A stretch of DNA of 26,817 nt from NCBI GenBank assembly GCA_964035545.1, contig CAXIUT010000006.1, forward strand, positions 1-26,817. Reading direction: 5' to 3'. The notes beneath the pieces were generated by a model. That model did not search any database. It saw only the letters and a list, made by a program, of their open reading frames with translations, and had not been told where the DNA came from. The translations under genes and the position numbers were made by a program. This document shows positions 1 through 12,930 of this stretch, piece after piece; the first letter of the stretch is position 1; the number at the start of each line of letters is the position of its first letter. The stretch comes from Bugula neritina (lineage: Eukaryota; Animalia; Bryozoa).

Positions 1-80
1 CCAACCCCAACCCCAACCCCAACCCCAACCCCAACCCCAACCCCAACCCCAACCCCAACCCCAACCCCAACCCCAACCCC
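1..80 (+). repeat. Left telomere, (CCCCAA)n
   Basis: Perfect C4A2 tandem repeat at the 5' end, matching the Tetrahymena-type telomere repeat. Confidence 0.99.
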
Positions 81-122
81 ATTAATAATTAATAAATATA
101 TTTGATATGAATATTATTAAGA

Positions 123-1209
123 TCAGAGTCTATCTGTTTTAGAGCATCTTCTATTTTTATTTGATTTTTCTGAAGTTTAGAGGTTGAGATTTAGAATTTA
201 CACTTCTTCATCAATGATTTCTTCTTTGTTTTAATAATTTTATTTGGACTATATTTCACTCATGATGGGGTATTTGACATAATTGAGTCTTGATTTGAAT
301 TAAATATCATAGTTGGAGTGTGAGGGGTATCGTTGAATTTCCAATTTTTTAAGTGATGATTTCTTGTTCTTTATATTTATCATTTTTGATATGTTTTATT
401 TAGTGATTCTTTTATTTGATTTAATTTAGAAGTTCTATGATTTGTTTTTGTTGAATATTGATTTTATAATTAGAATCATTTTGTATTTATTTTATTTTAT
501 TAATGTATTGTATTTATTTATTTTGTAGTTATTTTTTTAATGAATTGATTATTTATTGATTATCGTGCTGATTTTGTTTATTTTTAATAGTTATTTATCC
601 AATTAATTTTTATAATTATAGATTAATAATGGTTTGTTTTTTGAATAGATGTTGTAATTAAATATATTTTTGTTCCATATTATTTAATTATTATTGAATC
701 TTTTTCTTTTATTATTATTTTTAATAAAGTTTATTTTTTAAATGATTTATAGCTTATTTTGAATCGTATTAATTTAATTTATTCTGTTTACTTTATTTTT
801 CTTGATTTTTTTTGTATAGATCTTTCTATTTATTGAATTTGACCATTTCAGAAGAAGGTTCGTAAAATTTATTCATGGATTAAGTAAATAATGATGAACG
901 TTTTTATTCATTTTATGTAGGCATATTTTAACATCTTGGGGTGTATAATTTTTATAGCTAATTGATCGCTGTAGGGATTTTAATCAATTTTTTTTATTGT
1001 ATTTAACTCTATTTCTTGTTTTTGAAGATTTAGTTAGTGTTTTGATGTACATTTAGATATTTTTGATGATGAGGTATTTGTTAAGGATTATTTCTGTCTT
1101 GTTGTTTCATAGTGATTAATGATTTGAGGTTGAGATGTAGGTCTTTGTTTTTGTGGTTTTCAGTTTTGTAGTGAGCTGATTTGCTACGATAGGTTGTATA
1201 TTCAGTCAT
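123..1209 (-). CDS. Hypothetical Lys/Asn/Glu-rich protein (~360 aa)
   Basis: ATG at 1209 (MTEYTTYRSKSAHYKTENH...) and TGA at 125-123, reading TAR as sense. One net frame break lies near 480-600. No recognisable motif. Confidence 0.6.
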
Positions 1210-1405
1210 TTTCAAATAAATTTATTGTAATAAAACTCTTTAACTGTCTGAAACTTCATTCTTATTAATTGATCAACTATTGTTTATTCATCATAAACGA
1301 CATATCTAATCTATGTTAATTTTAGCAAGATATTTAAAGATATGATAAAAGTGGGAATGAAAAGTTATCATTATTTATTGATTAAAATAAAATTTGAATC
1401 TAACT

Positions 1406-4400
1406 ATGAGTCGGTAAGGCAATCACTACGTCAATCCAAGAAACATATCTAGTGCTCAAAAGCGCTAAATTATGTGGAATATCATCTAGCCTGGGGATCC
1501 TTATGATATTAGAAAGTAGATAATTTTTGATGTAGATCTATGATAGCTAAACTTCCAGGAAAAAAGAATTTTATGGGTGAACATTTAGAATTAGTTTGTT
1601 TATTACAAGCTGCAGAAATAGAAAGAATTAGTTAATATTTAGAAGAATATAAATTAAAGTATTGATATCATGATGTAGATGTCGATAAATCTAAAGAAGA
1701 TAGCTGGATAGACATTCTTATGAAATACAAATCAAGGAGTTAACTCAAGAAATGACAGAGTTGTCTTAACAGGGAAATTATAAAATTTAAAATGCCAAAC
1801 TTAAATAATTTTTAAGAAAACAAACTGTAACTGTTTTATCATTTAGGGTTAATTATAATTGTTGAAAAAACAATCAGGAGGGTTTTAAAATGATCTCGTT
1901 CAAAAATATCAAGATTCTCTTCATCAGATTTAATCTTTAATACAAGAAAATTAAATGATCAAGACTGGAACTAATAAAATGAGAATGGATTATCAGCAAA
2001 TGTTGAATAATAAAAGTTTAGAAGTCGAATAATTACAAAGAAGAATGAGAGATAACACTTCAGATAGAAACAATGATCATACTCAGAAGAGTTAGGCCTA
2101 TTTCAAGTTATAGATTGAGTACAAAAAATTAGAATTTTAAAATAAAAGAATAAAAGAATTACTTGATACTAAAAAATAATGAAAATGAAGAGCTAAAGAA
2201 CAAGTCTAAACAATTTATTTATCAAATAGAGGAAATGAGTAATTAGAGAAGACAATATAGTGCTATCAGTCATACTGTATCTGAATATGAGAATAGATTT
2301 ACTCTATTAGGTCAGGAAATTGATCGATTAAACCTTGTTTTTGAGAGATAAAAGTGGATAATTAAATGATTCACATAATAGATATAAGATTCTATAAGAT
2401 GAAAGCAGACGAAAAGGTTAATACATATCTGAATTATAAAGAAAGAAGAGTTAACTTGATCAAAAATATATGCAATTATAGATGAAAATGAGTGAAAGTG
2501 TAAAGGATCTTAGTGGTTTAGATGAAAATAGAAATTTAATGAAAATGTATTAACTCAACTTATAGAAGTTAAGTGCTTAGATCTAAAGATTAAATAGTGT
2601 ATTGAGAAAGAAAGTACAATAACTTTAATAAACCAATCGAAAGTTAAGTGAATATGAATACTAGATAAAGAAGAATTAATCAATAAAGAGAGAGGTTTAA
2701 GACTATCGAATAAAATATAGTGAGTTTAATAAGAAATTTATTGAGTATTAAAACAAGATTTCTGTTTTGAATCAAGAAGTAGAAAAGGTAAACCTTATGC
2801 TTAGAAGAAAAAATGATTAGATTAATCTTTATGAGCAACAGATGAGATAAAAAAATATGGATGTCGAATCTTTTCAAAGAAGAATCAGTGAAGTTGAGAT
2901 TTAATACAAAGGATAAATCAATAGATTATCATTGTTGAATCAGAATTTATAAAGAAAAGTTAACTAATTGAATAGAGATAACTAATTAAATAGAAATAAG
3001 ATCCAGGAGTTGATTCAGAAAGGATCTTCACCTTCAAAAATAGATGGATAAATGTAAAGATATTATAAAGGTTAAATTGAAAGATTAAATGCAATTATAA
3101 GGTAAAAAAATAATTAGTTATTTAAATTTTAGAAAGAAACTACTCTTCCAAAAAATGATTCAAGAATGTTTGATTTGGAGAAGCAAAGGATGGTGCAGCA
3201 GTATTAATCTTAAATAGCTACTAAAAATCGATAGATTTAGAGAGGAAGACAAAATATAGCAGAATATTAAAAGAGAATATTAAGTTCTGTTCAATAAATA
3301 GACAGATTGAATCTTTTATTATCGAAATCTGCTATTGAAACTCCAGAGAAATCAAAGGCTGATGACTAGATAGCTCTTAAATTGAGAAGAGTAACATAAT
3401 ATGAAAACAAACTTGCTATTACTAATCAAGAAGTTTAAAGATTAACTTAAAATTTGAGATCTAAAACATCTGATATTAAAAACTTAGAAATAAAATTAAG
3501 AAATTACTAGCTATAATCTTAAGCTTCCCGAAGAAGATAGATAGAAGCTTATGCGAACAACATTGGAGATTTAGAGAGAAAAATATGCTGATTGTTAAGG
3601 AAAATGAATATCTAAAAGAATAACTTAGAGTCAATCAGGACAAGCTATCAAGAGTCAGTTCTGATAATCAACTGAACTCAAATATTAACAGATAAATTAG
3701 TTGAAAATGAGACAATTAATAGACTAAAATAGTCAACTAAACAGAAAAGTGAATGAATATGAATTGAAGTTAACTTCATTGTCTCAGGAAATAGATAGGC
3801 TTGATAATTTATTGAGAAAGAAAAATGAATAATGCATGAATTTATAGCAACGCATAAGATCAATCAATAATGAAGTGTAAGATGGTAGGAGGAAAATGAA
3901 TGAGTATTAACTTAAAATATCTCAGTTAAATCGATAATTCTAGATGAAGAGAGATAGTATAAGTCAGAGTAGTCAATTTTAACTTGATAATTTAAATAGG
4001 AGAAAACTTTAATTAGAAAATGCTAATCGAGAGTATGAAAATAATTTAAGAGAATTTTAGATGAAAGTGAGAGAGTACGAGATGAGAACTCGATAATATG
4101 AATAAAAGTTAAGGATAGCTAATCAAGAAAAGGAAATGTTGGGCCTTCAGACATCATAGAGTAGGGGAAAGTTTAACCAGTATGAAAGTAAAATAATTGT
4201 CTTAAGTCAAGAGGTTTAAAGACTAAATTAATTATTATCAAAGTTATCAAATTAAAATAATGAACTGAAGAGAAAAGTTAGTGAGACAGAATATTTAAAA
4301 TCAACTATTGTTACTCTTGAGGAGAAGTTTGGTCGAGCAGCTGATGAAAATGAAACTTTAAGGAGAGGAGTAAACGAATCAAATATGAGTAAAACTAAGT

Positions 4401-6837
4401 TGAATCAAGATTTTGAACATCGAATTTTGATTATGAATCAAGACAACTAAGAACTTTTAAGAAAGAACCGTTAGTTATAATCAAAAATAATATATGCTAA
4501 TCAAGAGACATAGAGAATAAATAGTCTTCTGAAATTAAAAACATAAGAACTTACTCAAAAAGATTCAAAGTTGATCTCTTCTAATCAATAAATAGATGCT
4601 TTGAATCGAAAGATCCATGAATTATCCAACGTAAATTTAAAGATAGTATAATATGATAGCAAGATGGCGATGATGAGTCAATAAATATAAAGGTTAAATC
4701 ATATTATTCAGGGAAAGATTGAAGATTTGACTACTTGTTAAGGGAAATGTAGAAATTATTAACACTAGAATATGGTTTTGCAAAGAAAAGTGCAAGAATA
4801 CGAGAATACTATCAATAGAGATCTTCAAACTAAGATAGCCTTTTTGAGTCAATAAAATTAATAAGTTAAAAGTAAATTAAAACAAGTGACTGGAGAAGTA
4901 AGTAAAATTCCATAATTTTAATCGAAATTTGCAATGGTATATGGCGAAGTTGAAAGGCTGAATACTATTTTAAGAACAAAAGCTGATTAGGTTAATGCTT
5001 ATGACTTAAAGTGTAGAAATTATGAACAAGAAATAGATCGATATAAAAGAAGAAACTAAGAGATGGAGAATACTATGCATAAAGAATTGAAAAATCAATC
5101 TTCGATATTTGAGCAGAGGGTTAGTCAGTTGACTTAATAAAATGAGGGATTAAGAAGAAATATGAGATAACTTGGATAGAGTAACAGGAAGATAGGTTAA
5201 TATTAAAATAAAATGGCAATTTTTAGTCAATAAATTTAAAGATTAAATTAAATATTAGGCAAATATTCTAAATAATTGATACCTTCTCTTTAAGATAAAA
5301 ATAGAAGTTTATCTTATGAAAATTAAGACCTGAAAAGAAAAGTAAACTAACTTGGAGATGTTAATCTTGGTAATCAAGAGCTAACCGGAAGCTAAGGTTG
5401 GCAATTCAAGAGAATTAGCAGATAATACGAAGTGTTCAATAATATGAGTTAAGAATGAATCAAAGTTCAGGATAAATATAAAGACTAAATTAAATTTTAA
5501 AAGGAAAAGTTGATTAAATAAACGAATCTTAAATAAAACTCAGACAAGCAATAAATGAAAATGAAAATTTATCAAGAAAACTTCGAGATTCATCATAAGT
5601 AAACATGAAAATACATGAGTATTAAAGTAAGGTCTTGATGATGAGTCAAGAAATATAAAGATTAAACTCTATGTTGAAGGGAAAAGTTGAAGAATTATCA
5701 ATGATGTAAGGAGAGTGTAAAAGATATAAATATGATTTGAAAGTCTTCAAAGAAGGTATGGTGATCTTGAAGAAAATCATGTAAAAGAAAGAAGTACTAA
5801 AAATTTATTGGAGCAGCAATTGAATTCTCTGAATGTTGAAAATGATGAAATGAGAAGAACTTTACGTGAACTATCAGATGCTAATAGAAAAATATCTGAA
5901 TATGAGAGCAGGTTGACCTTATTGGGTCAGTAGATTGAACGATTGAATAGTAATTTGAGGACTAAAATATAATAATTAAATACATCAGAGAGTGGCTATC
6001 GAAACTACAAGAGGTAGGCTGAAAGTAAAATGTCCAGTATGAATTTTGAATTAGAGGATTACAGAAGAAAAACTGGATAAAACATGAATGTACAGGCTAG
6101 CAAGATAGCTGAATATTAGAATAAGTTATTGGTTTTGAGTCAATAGATATAGAGATTGAATTTCGTATTAAAGGAGCATAGTTATGAGATGGAGCAGTTA
6201 CAGAAGAAAGAATCTCAATATTTGACTGAGATCTAAAGATTAAATAATACTTTAAGATTGAAAGTTGAAGAATCTTCTAGATGGGAGCAAATAAACAACT
6301 AGTTTAAAATAAAGATAAAGTCATATGAGTAGAATATGATGCAAGCAGGACAGTAATATGATAAGTTGAAGGGAGTTCATAATAATTTAACTGAAGATTA
6401 TACTAAAGCTAATAGGCATTTGGTTTAATATTAGCAAAAGTAGATATTTTAATATTTAGTATAAATAAATTATATCAAGAATTCTAGAGATTGCAGAAGG
6501 TTTTATAAGATTTTAAAAAATAAAATTATTAATTGAAGATGGAATTACAAGAATCAGGAAATTTGGTTGATAAGGTACTTTTTAAATAATTCAGAATAGG
6601 ACATTAAGTGGTTAAATTGATAGATTAAATAAAATAGTTGATGGTCAAAAAGTCGATTTGTAGTAAGTTCGTTTAAGTTTGGCTGATCAGGCATCTCTTC
6701 AGAAAAGAATCAATGAGGACATGGCATTGATGGTGGTTTTATTTGCTTAAATTGAAAGTTTGAGAAAGAGAGTTAAGGAGACAGAGATAGAAATCTAGAC
6801 AGTTCGTAGGTCGAGTATGGCTCCATTTAAGGTATGA
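1406..6837 (+). CDS. Giant coiled-coil repeat protein (~1,780 aa) with ~20 copies of an EYExKIxxLSQEIERLN-like motif; probably cortical/epiplasm-type cytoskeletal
   Basis: ATG at 1406 and TGA at 6835-6837. The frame is continuous with TAR=Glu after removing five 20-nt introns and correcting about six homopolymer indels. The function is an inference. Confidence 0.8.
1516..1535 (+). other. 20-nt spliceosomal intron GTAGATAATTTTTGATGTAG
   Basis: The unspliced frame hits TGA right after it; removal restores the frame (IRKSMIAKLPG). Confidence 0.85.
1659..1678 (+). other. 20-nt intron GTATTGATATCATGATGTAG
   Basis: It contains an in-frame TGA; removal restores the frame (YKLKCREIERR). Confidence 0.85.
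1827..1846 (+). other. 20-nt intron GTAACTGTTTTATCATTTAG
   Basis: Removal restores the long coiled-coil frame (RKQT/GELELLKK). Confidence 0.8.
6440..6459 (+). other. 20-nt intron GTAGATATTTTAATATTTAG
   Basis: Removal restores the repeat register (EYEQNINKLYQEFERLQ). Confidence 0.85.
6575..6594 (+). other. 20-nt intron GTACTTTTTAAATAATTCAG
   Basis: Removal restores the repeat register (VDK/NRTLSGEIDRLN). Confidence 0.85.
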
Positions 6838-6917
6838 TATTTACATCATTATTTTTATGATAACCCAACTGATACTATTTAAATGTTTTAATAATAAAAT
6901 TTTAACATTAACTGGAA

Positions 6918-8215
6918 ATGCATTTTGAAACACTTTACCAAGAAGCTAAATGGAAAAAGAAGTATCAGCAACAGATAGAACAATCAAGACAATCGCAAAT
7001 AAGAGAGTTATGTTCGATGAAAAAGATCAATCCGAATAGTAATATTATCTTAGCAGGAAAACTATCAGAACTAATGATGCCTTTTGAAGATTAAAATCAA
7101 ATCAATATTTAAACAAGTATTCCTATTCTTCATGCTGTTGATATTTTGCAAGTTATTGAAAGTATTGAGTCTGCAAAAGAAAAATTGGATCGAGGAGAAT
7201 TTTAGAATAATAGATTAAGAGATGAAGCTCGATTTGTTTATTGGTTGTGGAAGATGATTGATGAGGAAGAGATAGAAACAAGATAGTTGAAGGAAATTAT
7301 CTATATGTTGAATGATAAACCTTCCAATGAGTTAAGTAGATTGCTTTCAGATAAGTATATTGATGAAGAGTCAGTTTTATAATTTGTAGATACATGGAAA
7401 GCTTTGCTACAAAATAATAAAAGCTATAAAATGATAGATAAAATGGGAAGAAAGAGTAGAAATAGTGAAAATTCGACATTAAAAAATTATACAGAGCCTT
7501 AGTCTTTTGAAGAAGAAGGCTTGTTCAATGACATGAAAGAGGTTCAAGACTACTTTTTGATAGACGATAAATATTATACGAATAAGAAGACAAGAAGTAA
7601 TAAAAAAGTTGATATGGCAACAATGGAGACGATGAACTATTCTAGCAAACATAAAGATAATATCTTTATGGATAAAGCTTCTGAGAAGATGATGATTTAA
7701 AGGTTATACAGAAATGATAAATATCAATTGAGAAGTGCTCAAAAGAAGATTCTTGAGGAGAAAAACTCTAAGATTGAAATGGAGAAGTGTACATTCAAGC
7801 CTGAATTGAATAGAACTCGAATGAGATCAATAAGTGTTAAATCCAGAAGTAGATCTATCAATGGATATGAAAAATCAGTTAATCGAATGAAGGTGGGAAT
7901 ATAAAAAAACAGAATATAGAAAGAGAAGAAAGAATATAAACCTAGTGGATAAAACTACTATAAGTTAAGAGAGAAGAAGATAAATCCTCCTAAATTTTTA
8001 TAAAGAAAAAAATAAATTTACCTTCTCAGTTTGTCATAGAATTTGATCTTGGAAGACATAGAGTTAAAGTTAAAGTCAAAGAAAGTTAGTCTTAAGATGC
8101 CATTGCTAAAAATTTATGTAAAATATATTGCCTCAAACAAGATTATTACGATCAAATTAAGCTGATTATTAAAAAAGAAAGAGAAGCTTATTATTCTTAA
8201 AAATAGAATTATTGA
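6918..8215 (+). CDS. Hypothetical protein (~430 aa) with an EKCTFKPELN (CTFxP) motif
   Basis: ATG at 6918 (MHFETLYQEAKWKKKY...) opens a long frame, with CTFKP near 7788-7802. A probable homopolymer frame break at ~8005-8020 gives the preferred TGA at 8213-8215; the uncorrected frame stops at ~8165. Confidence 0.7.
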
Positions 8216-8254
8216 TATGATAAGTGTTTATTTATTTAATAAAAAAATAGATTA

Positions 8255-9724
8255 TCATCTACTGAAGTTAAGAGTGCTGTCTAGGTTTGTTTTGCTTAAA
8301 GGCTTAGTATTAGTGTTGCCTTTTTGCTATTTTACAGAAAACTCAACCTTTATGTCTTATTATCGATGAGTGAAAAGCTTAGAAAAGCTATATTATTCAT
8401 AAATTACTTTCTATTTCGAGCAAATTTTTATCCTACTGCATCAAATTGACCTCCTTTCAATAATTTATCTTTTATTAAAGTTTCTTCTGGTTTTAAACCA
8501 ACATTTTTGCCTTTTTTTGGTTCAGGTGAAAGTGCTTTAGATTTAGATTTTCCTTTTTGAGCTGTCTGAGATCTTTTTGTTGGCTAATTTTTCTTTTTTT
8601 TGTTTTGATTGTTCTACTTTTATGCTTTAATCTTCTTAGCTAGTTCAGGGTTTAGCTTTTAGAGAGATTGATTTATTCTTTAGGCTTATCTTTTCTTTTG
8701 ATAAGGTTAAGTTAAGCTTAAGATACAAACTTTCTAGTTAGCATTAATCTTAAAAGATACTTCACTTGATCAACACTTGAGACACCCCATTTTTTCGATA
8801 AATTTTCAAAATCATTAAATTTGCCCATTATTTATTGTTCACCATCAATATTGGATTAATTAACTGAGGTGGCTTAAGATAGAAAGGAACCTTGTGAAGT
8901 ATTTTGAGATGCTTAACTAGTCATACTCATTGATACTGAAACATTTTCTTTATAAATAATAAAATACTTTCTTGCTATTGACGCTAGTTTTAGAATTTTA
9001 ATTTTTTCTTTAGCATCATTGTTCGAAGATCTTAAAGAATTTAAAATGCTGTTTTCGGATTTCTGACCTTTATCTGTGAGAGGAAATTTGGAGTTAAATT
9101 TGTTTTTGAAAGAAGAAACATTTTTTCTTTTTAATCTGCGCTTTATCCTTCTCCTTCTACAATATGTCTTGCGACTTATTCTAACTTTCTATAAAGTTTT
9201 TTCAACCATTAAGCCTAAATAATTAAAGAAATACATTTTAATGATTAGATTGATTTTTCTAATCTTCTTTTTGTATATAATGTGATCTAAGAGTCGATAC
9301 TGCTCTTCTACGTGCATTATCAAGAGCAGTTTTTCTATTATTTTCAAATCTTTGATATTCTTAGGTTGCTTTTGAGGCTAAAACCTTTATAATTTAAAAT
9401 CTACATAAGCACTTCCTTCTTTAAGCTAATCTTTTTTTTCTTATACTATGTTATTATCAAGTTTGATTGATCCAGTGTCTTTAGTTTCTAGATAGTAATC
9501 TTTGGCATAATTAGTCTATGATTATCCGTTGGTATTGCAAAAATATTGTTCATATGCAAGAGATGGAATGTTATGTTTATCATGATTTGAACATTTAATG
9601 TTGAGGTTAGTAAAAGCGTCTATTGTTGGATCTGGAACAAAGCTATAGGAATAGAGGCAACACGTACTTTATAGTTTTTGTTGAAAGCTTGATGAGGACA
9701 GTAAGGGTAAGGCCACTCAGACAT
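8255..9724 (-). CDS. Hypothetical protein (~460 aa) with four 20-nt introns
   Basis: ATG at 9724 (MSEWPYPYCPHQAF...) and TGA at 8257-8255. The central part reads naturally after splicing (...ENAEWLKKLYRKLEEVARHIVEG...). The 5' frame is ambiguous because of indels. Confidence 0.6.
8388..8407 (-). other. 20-nt intron GTAATTTATGAATAATATAG
   Basis: Removal leads to the TGA at 8255; otherwise the frame runs on into the convergent gene. Confidence 0.7.
8948..8967 (-). other. 20-nt intron GTATTTTATTATTTATAAAG
   Basis: It joins two protein-like frames and matches the intron consensus. The host is hypothetical, so support is weaker. Confidence 0.6.
9215..9234 (-). other. 20-nt intron GTATTTCTTTAATTATTTAG
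   Basis: The unspliced frame hits TGA shortly after it; it matches the consensus. Confidence 0.65.
9385..9404 (-). other. 20-nt intron GTAGATTTTAAATTATAAAG
   Basis: It matches the consensus and joins plausible frames, but the upstream frame is uncertain. Confidence 0.5.
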
Positions 9725-9920
9725 TGCTTATTAATAAAATTTATTATTTTGGAGCGAATCAATACCATTTCAAAAAAAGAGCATTATCTTTTTATACAAA
9801 AAAAGAAATAATTTTGTGAATTAGCAATTAAAAGCTTAACATTTATCAAAATATCTTTTTCTTATCAATCTGAATATATTGTGACATTATGTGTCGATTT
9901 GTAATTCAATCTATAATTAA

Positions 9921-10552
9921 ATGAATAGTCCGAAAATCAACGTGGTTGGTATCATTTACCAAAATAGTCATGGAGAACGTTACTTTTCAAGATATTTCAC
10001 TAAACATTGTCCTGTTGCGAGTCTAGATCCATTTAATCTGGATACTTTTGATGGTCAACGTAAATTTGAAAAAGCTTTACTTGAAAAAGTAGGAAGAATG
10101 AATGTTATTAGTAAACTTAAACCATAGCAATGTAAATATCTATGAAGATAGGTTAAATCTTTTCTCTAGGAGACTTTACGGTCTTGCTAAAAGTGATCAA
10201 CTAACTCCAGATCTATTTGGTTTGCGAAGAGGAGTAAAATTATTTCGTAATGGAGGCGGCTATTGATTGTATAGGCAAAACTTTAACGATGGTTGAAAAA
10301 GAACAATATGTTGGTAAAACTATTTACAACCATCTTGATTCGATTGTCACGATAACTGATTAGTTAATAGATGAGGGAATCATTGTTCATCTGGATTCAA
10401 ATGTTATATATGATCGCATAAAAATGAGAGACCAAACTGATCCTAGCAAGAAGCCTGAGCAGAAGAATCAAAATAATAGTGGAAGTGGAGGTTTTTCTTC
10501 ATTTTTTGGGTTTGCGAAATCATCTCTACAAAAGACTCTTAATCTTGGTTGA
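9921..10552 (+). CDS. COPZ: Coatomer subunit zeta (clathrin adaptor small-chain family)
   Basis: Motifs GERYFSRYF, QRKFEKALLEK, EEEENYFVM and ITDELIDEGII, plus the C-terminal FFGFAKSSLQKTL, match zeta-COP. One 20-nt intron; TGA at 10550-10552. Confidence 0.88.
10132..10151 (+). other. 20-nt intron GTAAATATCTATGAAGATAG
   Basis: Required to join the two conserved halves of zeta-COP in frame (PEQC/EIFSLGDFTVLLK). Confidence 0.9.
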
Positions 10553-10589
10553 TTCATGAGTATGTTAAGATAAATAAAGCCTACTAGTA

Positions 10590-11234
10590 TCATTATTCAA
10601 GGAATTATTCTTTGACTTTTTTATGTTTTGAGAGAGACTTGATCATTTTTTGCAATATCCTTTGTTGTGCTGGTCTAATTTATCCTTTTTACTGAAGTTC
10701 AGTGATTTTTTCAACAATTGATTTTCTCAATGTAGGCATTTTTTTGATAATAAAAGGGAAAAAAGTTACATTTAAATGACATTTTCTTTTAGTAATAAAT
10801 TTTTAAAACATTTCTTTTATCATTTAGTTTACAGCTTATTCGTTTTATACTCTTAATTTCCTCATTACTTTTATGAAATCTTAAGTAAATTTATTTAAGT
10901 CTTTCTTCGCTTTGAACAAAAGTAAGTTTTGATAATAGTGGGCTATCTGAACCAAGAATTCTTCTGAAAGATTACTTTTATTAAGCAAGCGAGTTAAAAT
11001 TTACCTCATATGAGTTGGATCTTTGATGAAAGCTTCTTCTGTAAGGAGAGGAAGGATGGGAGAAGGATCTTTTGTTTTTTCAACAAAGAGGAGAATGAGA
11101 GAAAAAACTCTATTTTTAAAAGCTGAAACTTTTTAAATGGTTGGACGTGATTCAGATTATTTATTTTTAAAGTTGACAATAGCTTAATCTTTCTCAAGAA
11201 TAGTTATATCTTGAACACTATCTTCTGACTCCAT
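10590..11234 (-). CDS. Hypothetical alpha-helical protein (214 aa)
   Basis: Uninterrupted 645-nt ATG-to-TGA frame with TAR=Glu (MESEDSVQDITILEKDE...KEEFLEE). Confidence 0.75.
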
Positions 11235-11281
11235 GATTGTTGTTGTTTATAATTTTATAATAATATGAAAGAAGTAAATAA

Positions 11282-12712
11282 TCATTTTATATATTTGATT
11301 CCTGGTCTTTTGATTTTAAGATTATCGTAAAACTAGCTGGCTCTCATCTTTTCTTAGAAGATGATGATAGCTTCCATTAGCTGATAAAAAGTCTAATGTA
11401 GTTATTATCTTGAGTATCCAAGTAGGAGATCAGGTAATTTGAACCAAATCTATAAAACTGGAAACTCTCTTAGAATCTATTAGGGCAAATTTCTAATTTC
11501 TTTTTTATATCTGAAGCTCTTTTCAATAAATGAATATATTTTTTCTTGATAATTTTCGATATTATAGACTGTTAGAATTTTACTCTAAGTATATCCACAA
11601 AGTAATCTTAGATACTAATCTGCTTTGCTTGTTATTTGCTCATAAACTTTATTCATAATACTTGTTCCCTCACATTATTGTGAAAGTTAGATATAACTTT
11701 TAACTTCTTCTATGATCTACACTAAATATATTTTTTAAGTTGAAATGATATTTCTGATATTAGTGTTGATGATGGCATCTTTTTCAAATATTTTTTGAGA
11801 TTTGAAATTGATAGCTTTGTATTTTTTAAACTATGTATACTCTTCAATTGTTTAGAAGCAAAGATTTTATCCGTTATCAACTACATCACTTTATTAGCAT
11901 GCAATTATTCTTTAGCATGTTTATTTTTAATAAACAGCTAAGTCATCTTTATTGAATCTACTTTTTTCATCTTCATCTATCCTGGAAAGGAAATTAAAAT
12001 TGGCTCCTGCTATTTAGTTTATATAATGTGGATAATTAGTTTATTTTTCAGATTTTGTATTTTTTTTATTGATGAAATAGAGATAATCAAAAAGCCTATA
12101 TTTTTAAAATTTTTATTGATAGAACTTTTGAACTATGCCATAAGTCCTTCTTCAATAGTTGATTCTAATTTGTATTTTAAGTTTTCAGCGACTTGATTTT
12201 AATTTTCATAGAAAAAAAAATGAATTAAGAGTTCAAGTATTAATTTGATTGAAAGATTATGCTTTCTTTTCTAAAAGGAAATAACTGATACAAATCTTTG
12301 ATGGGTACTTTTTAATTTAGTAAAGAACAATTGAATTAGGTAGTATCAAGAGAAAGATGAACCATAGCAGATCCTTTCTTTTGAGTATTTCTTGCATTTG
12401 TATTATTATTAGCATAATTGTTGGTTTGTCTGGTTGAGTCTCCTATAAATCCAAATTTAGCTTCATCTCTCGAGGATCTTGCCATGATTCCACATATTTT
12501 TAAAAATTAGTGATTACTTTGTCGAAAATCTCTTTGTTGTCGTCGAATATCTTCTTTGAATATGTTAGGATTTATTACTTTTTTTATTTTATCTTCTGAC
12601 TTTTCTTCTTTTCTTATTAGAGCATTCGATAATATTCAAGTCTTTCTTTATCTATACTTCTTATTATTGATTGTCCAGTTGATAGCTATTTTTTTGAACT
12701 TTCCTGTTGCAT
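11282..12712 (-). CDS. Hypothetical protein (~475 aa)
   Basis: ATG at 12712 (MQQESSKKELSTGQ...) and TGA at 11284-11282. There are at least two frame breaks at long A/T runs (~12060, ~12215). Confidence 0.55.
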
Positions 12713-12930
12713 TTTAAAATAGTACCTTAAAATGAATAATTATAGAGGTAGTAAAAGTCAAATTTTTAGTCTAGATAAATATTTTCAGAGGGAAAGGTAG
12801 TTAGATAAATATCAAAGATAAGGTCAAAAGATTAAAAACTGAGTTAAAAATATCTTTGACTTCAAAGTGAATAAATTATATTATTTATAATTTTTGAAAT
12901 ATGATTGGATATTACTTTATAAAGAGATAA

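Noticed and set aside
81-122. ATATGAAT present in both subtelomeres as a retained chromosome-breakage motif
   Set aside because: The distances from the telomere differ (about 25 nt vs 2 nt), and such an AT-rich 8-mer is likely by chance.
3102-3132. GT...AG segment (16 or 31 nt) as an intron of different length
   Set aside because: The frame reads through cleanly without splicing (IIREKNNELFKFEKE), and removing either segment would break it.
12732-12842. Short purine-rich plus-strand ORF (36 aa, MNNYRGSKSQIFSLDKYFQRERELDKYQREGQKIKN) or an ncRNA in the 218-nt gap
   Set aside because: Its ATG is only 19 nt from the divergent ATG at 12712, and I see no protein motif or convincing snoRNA boxes. 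It is unsupported without RNA data.
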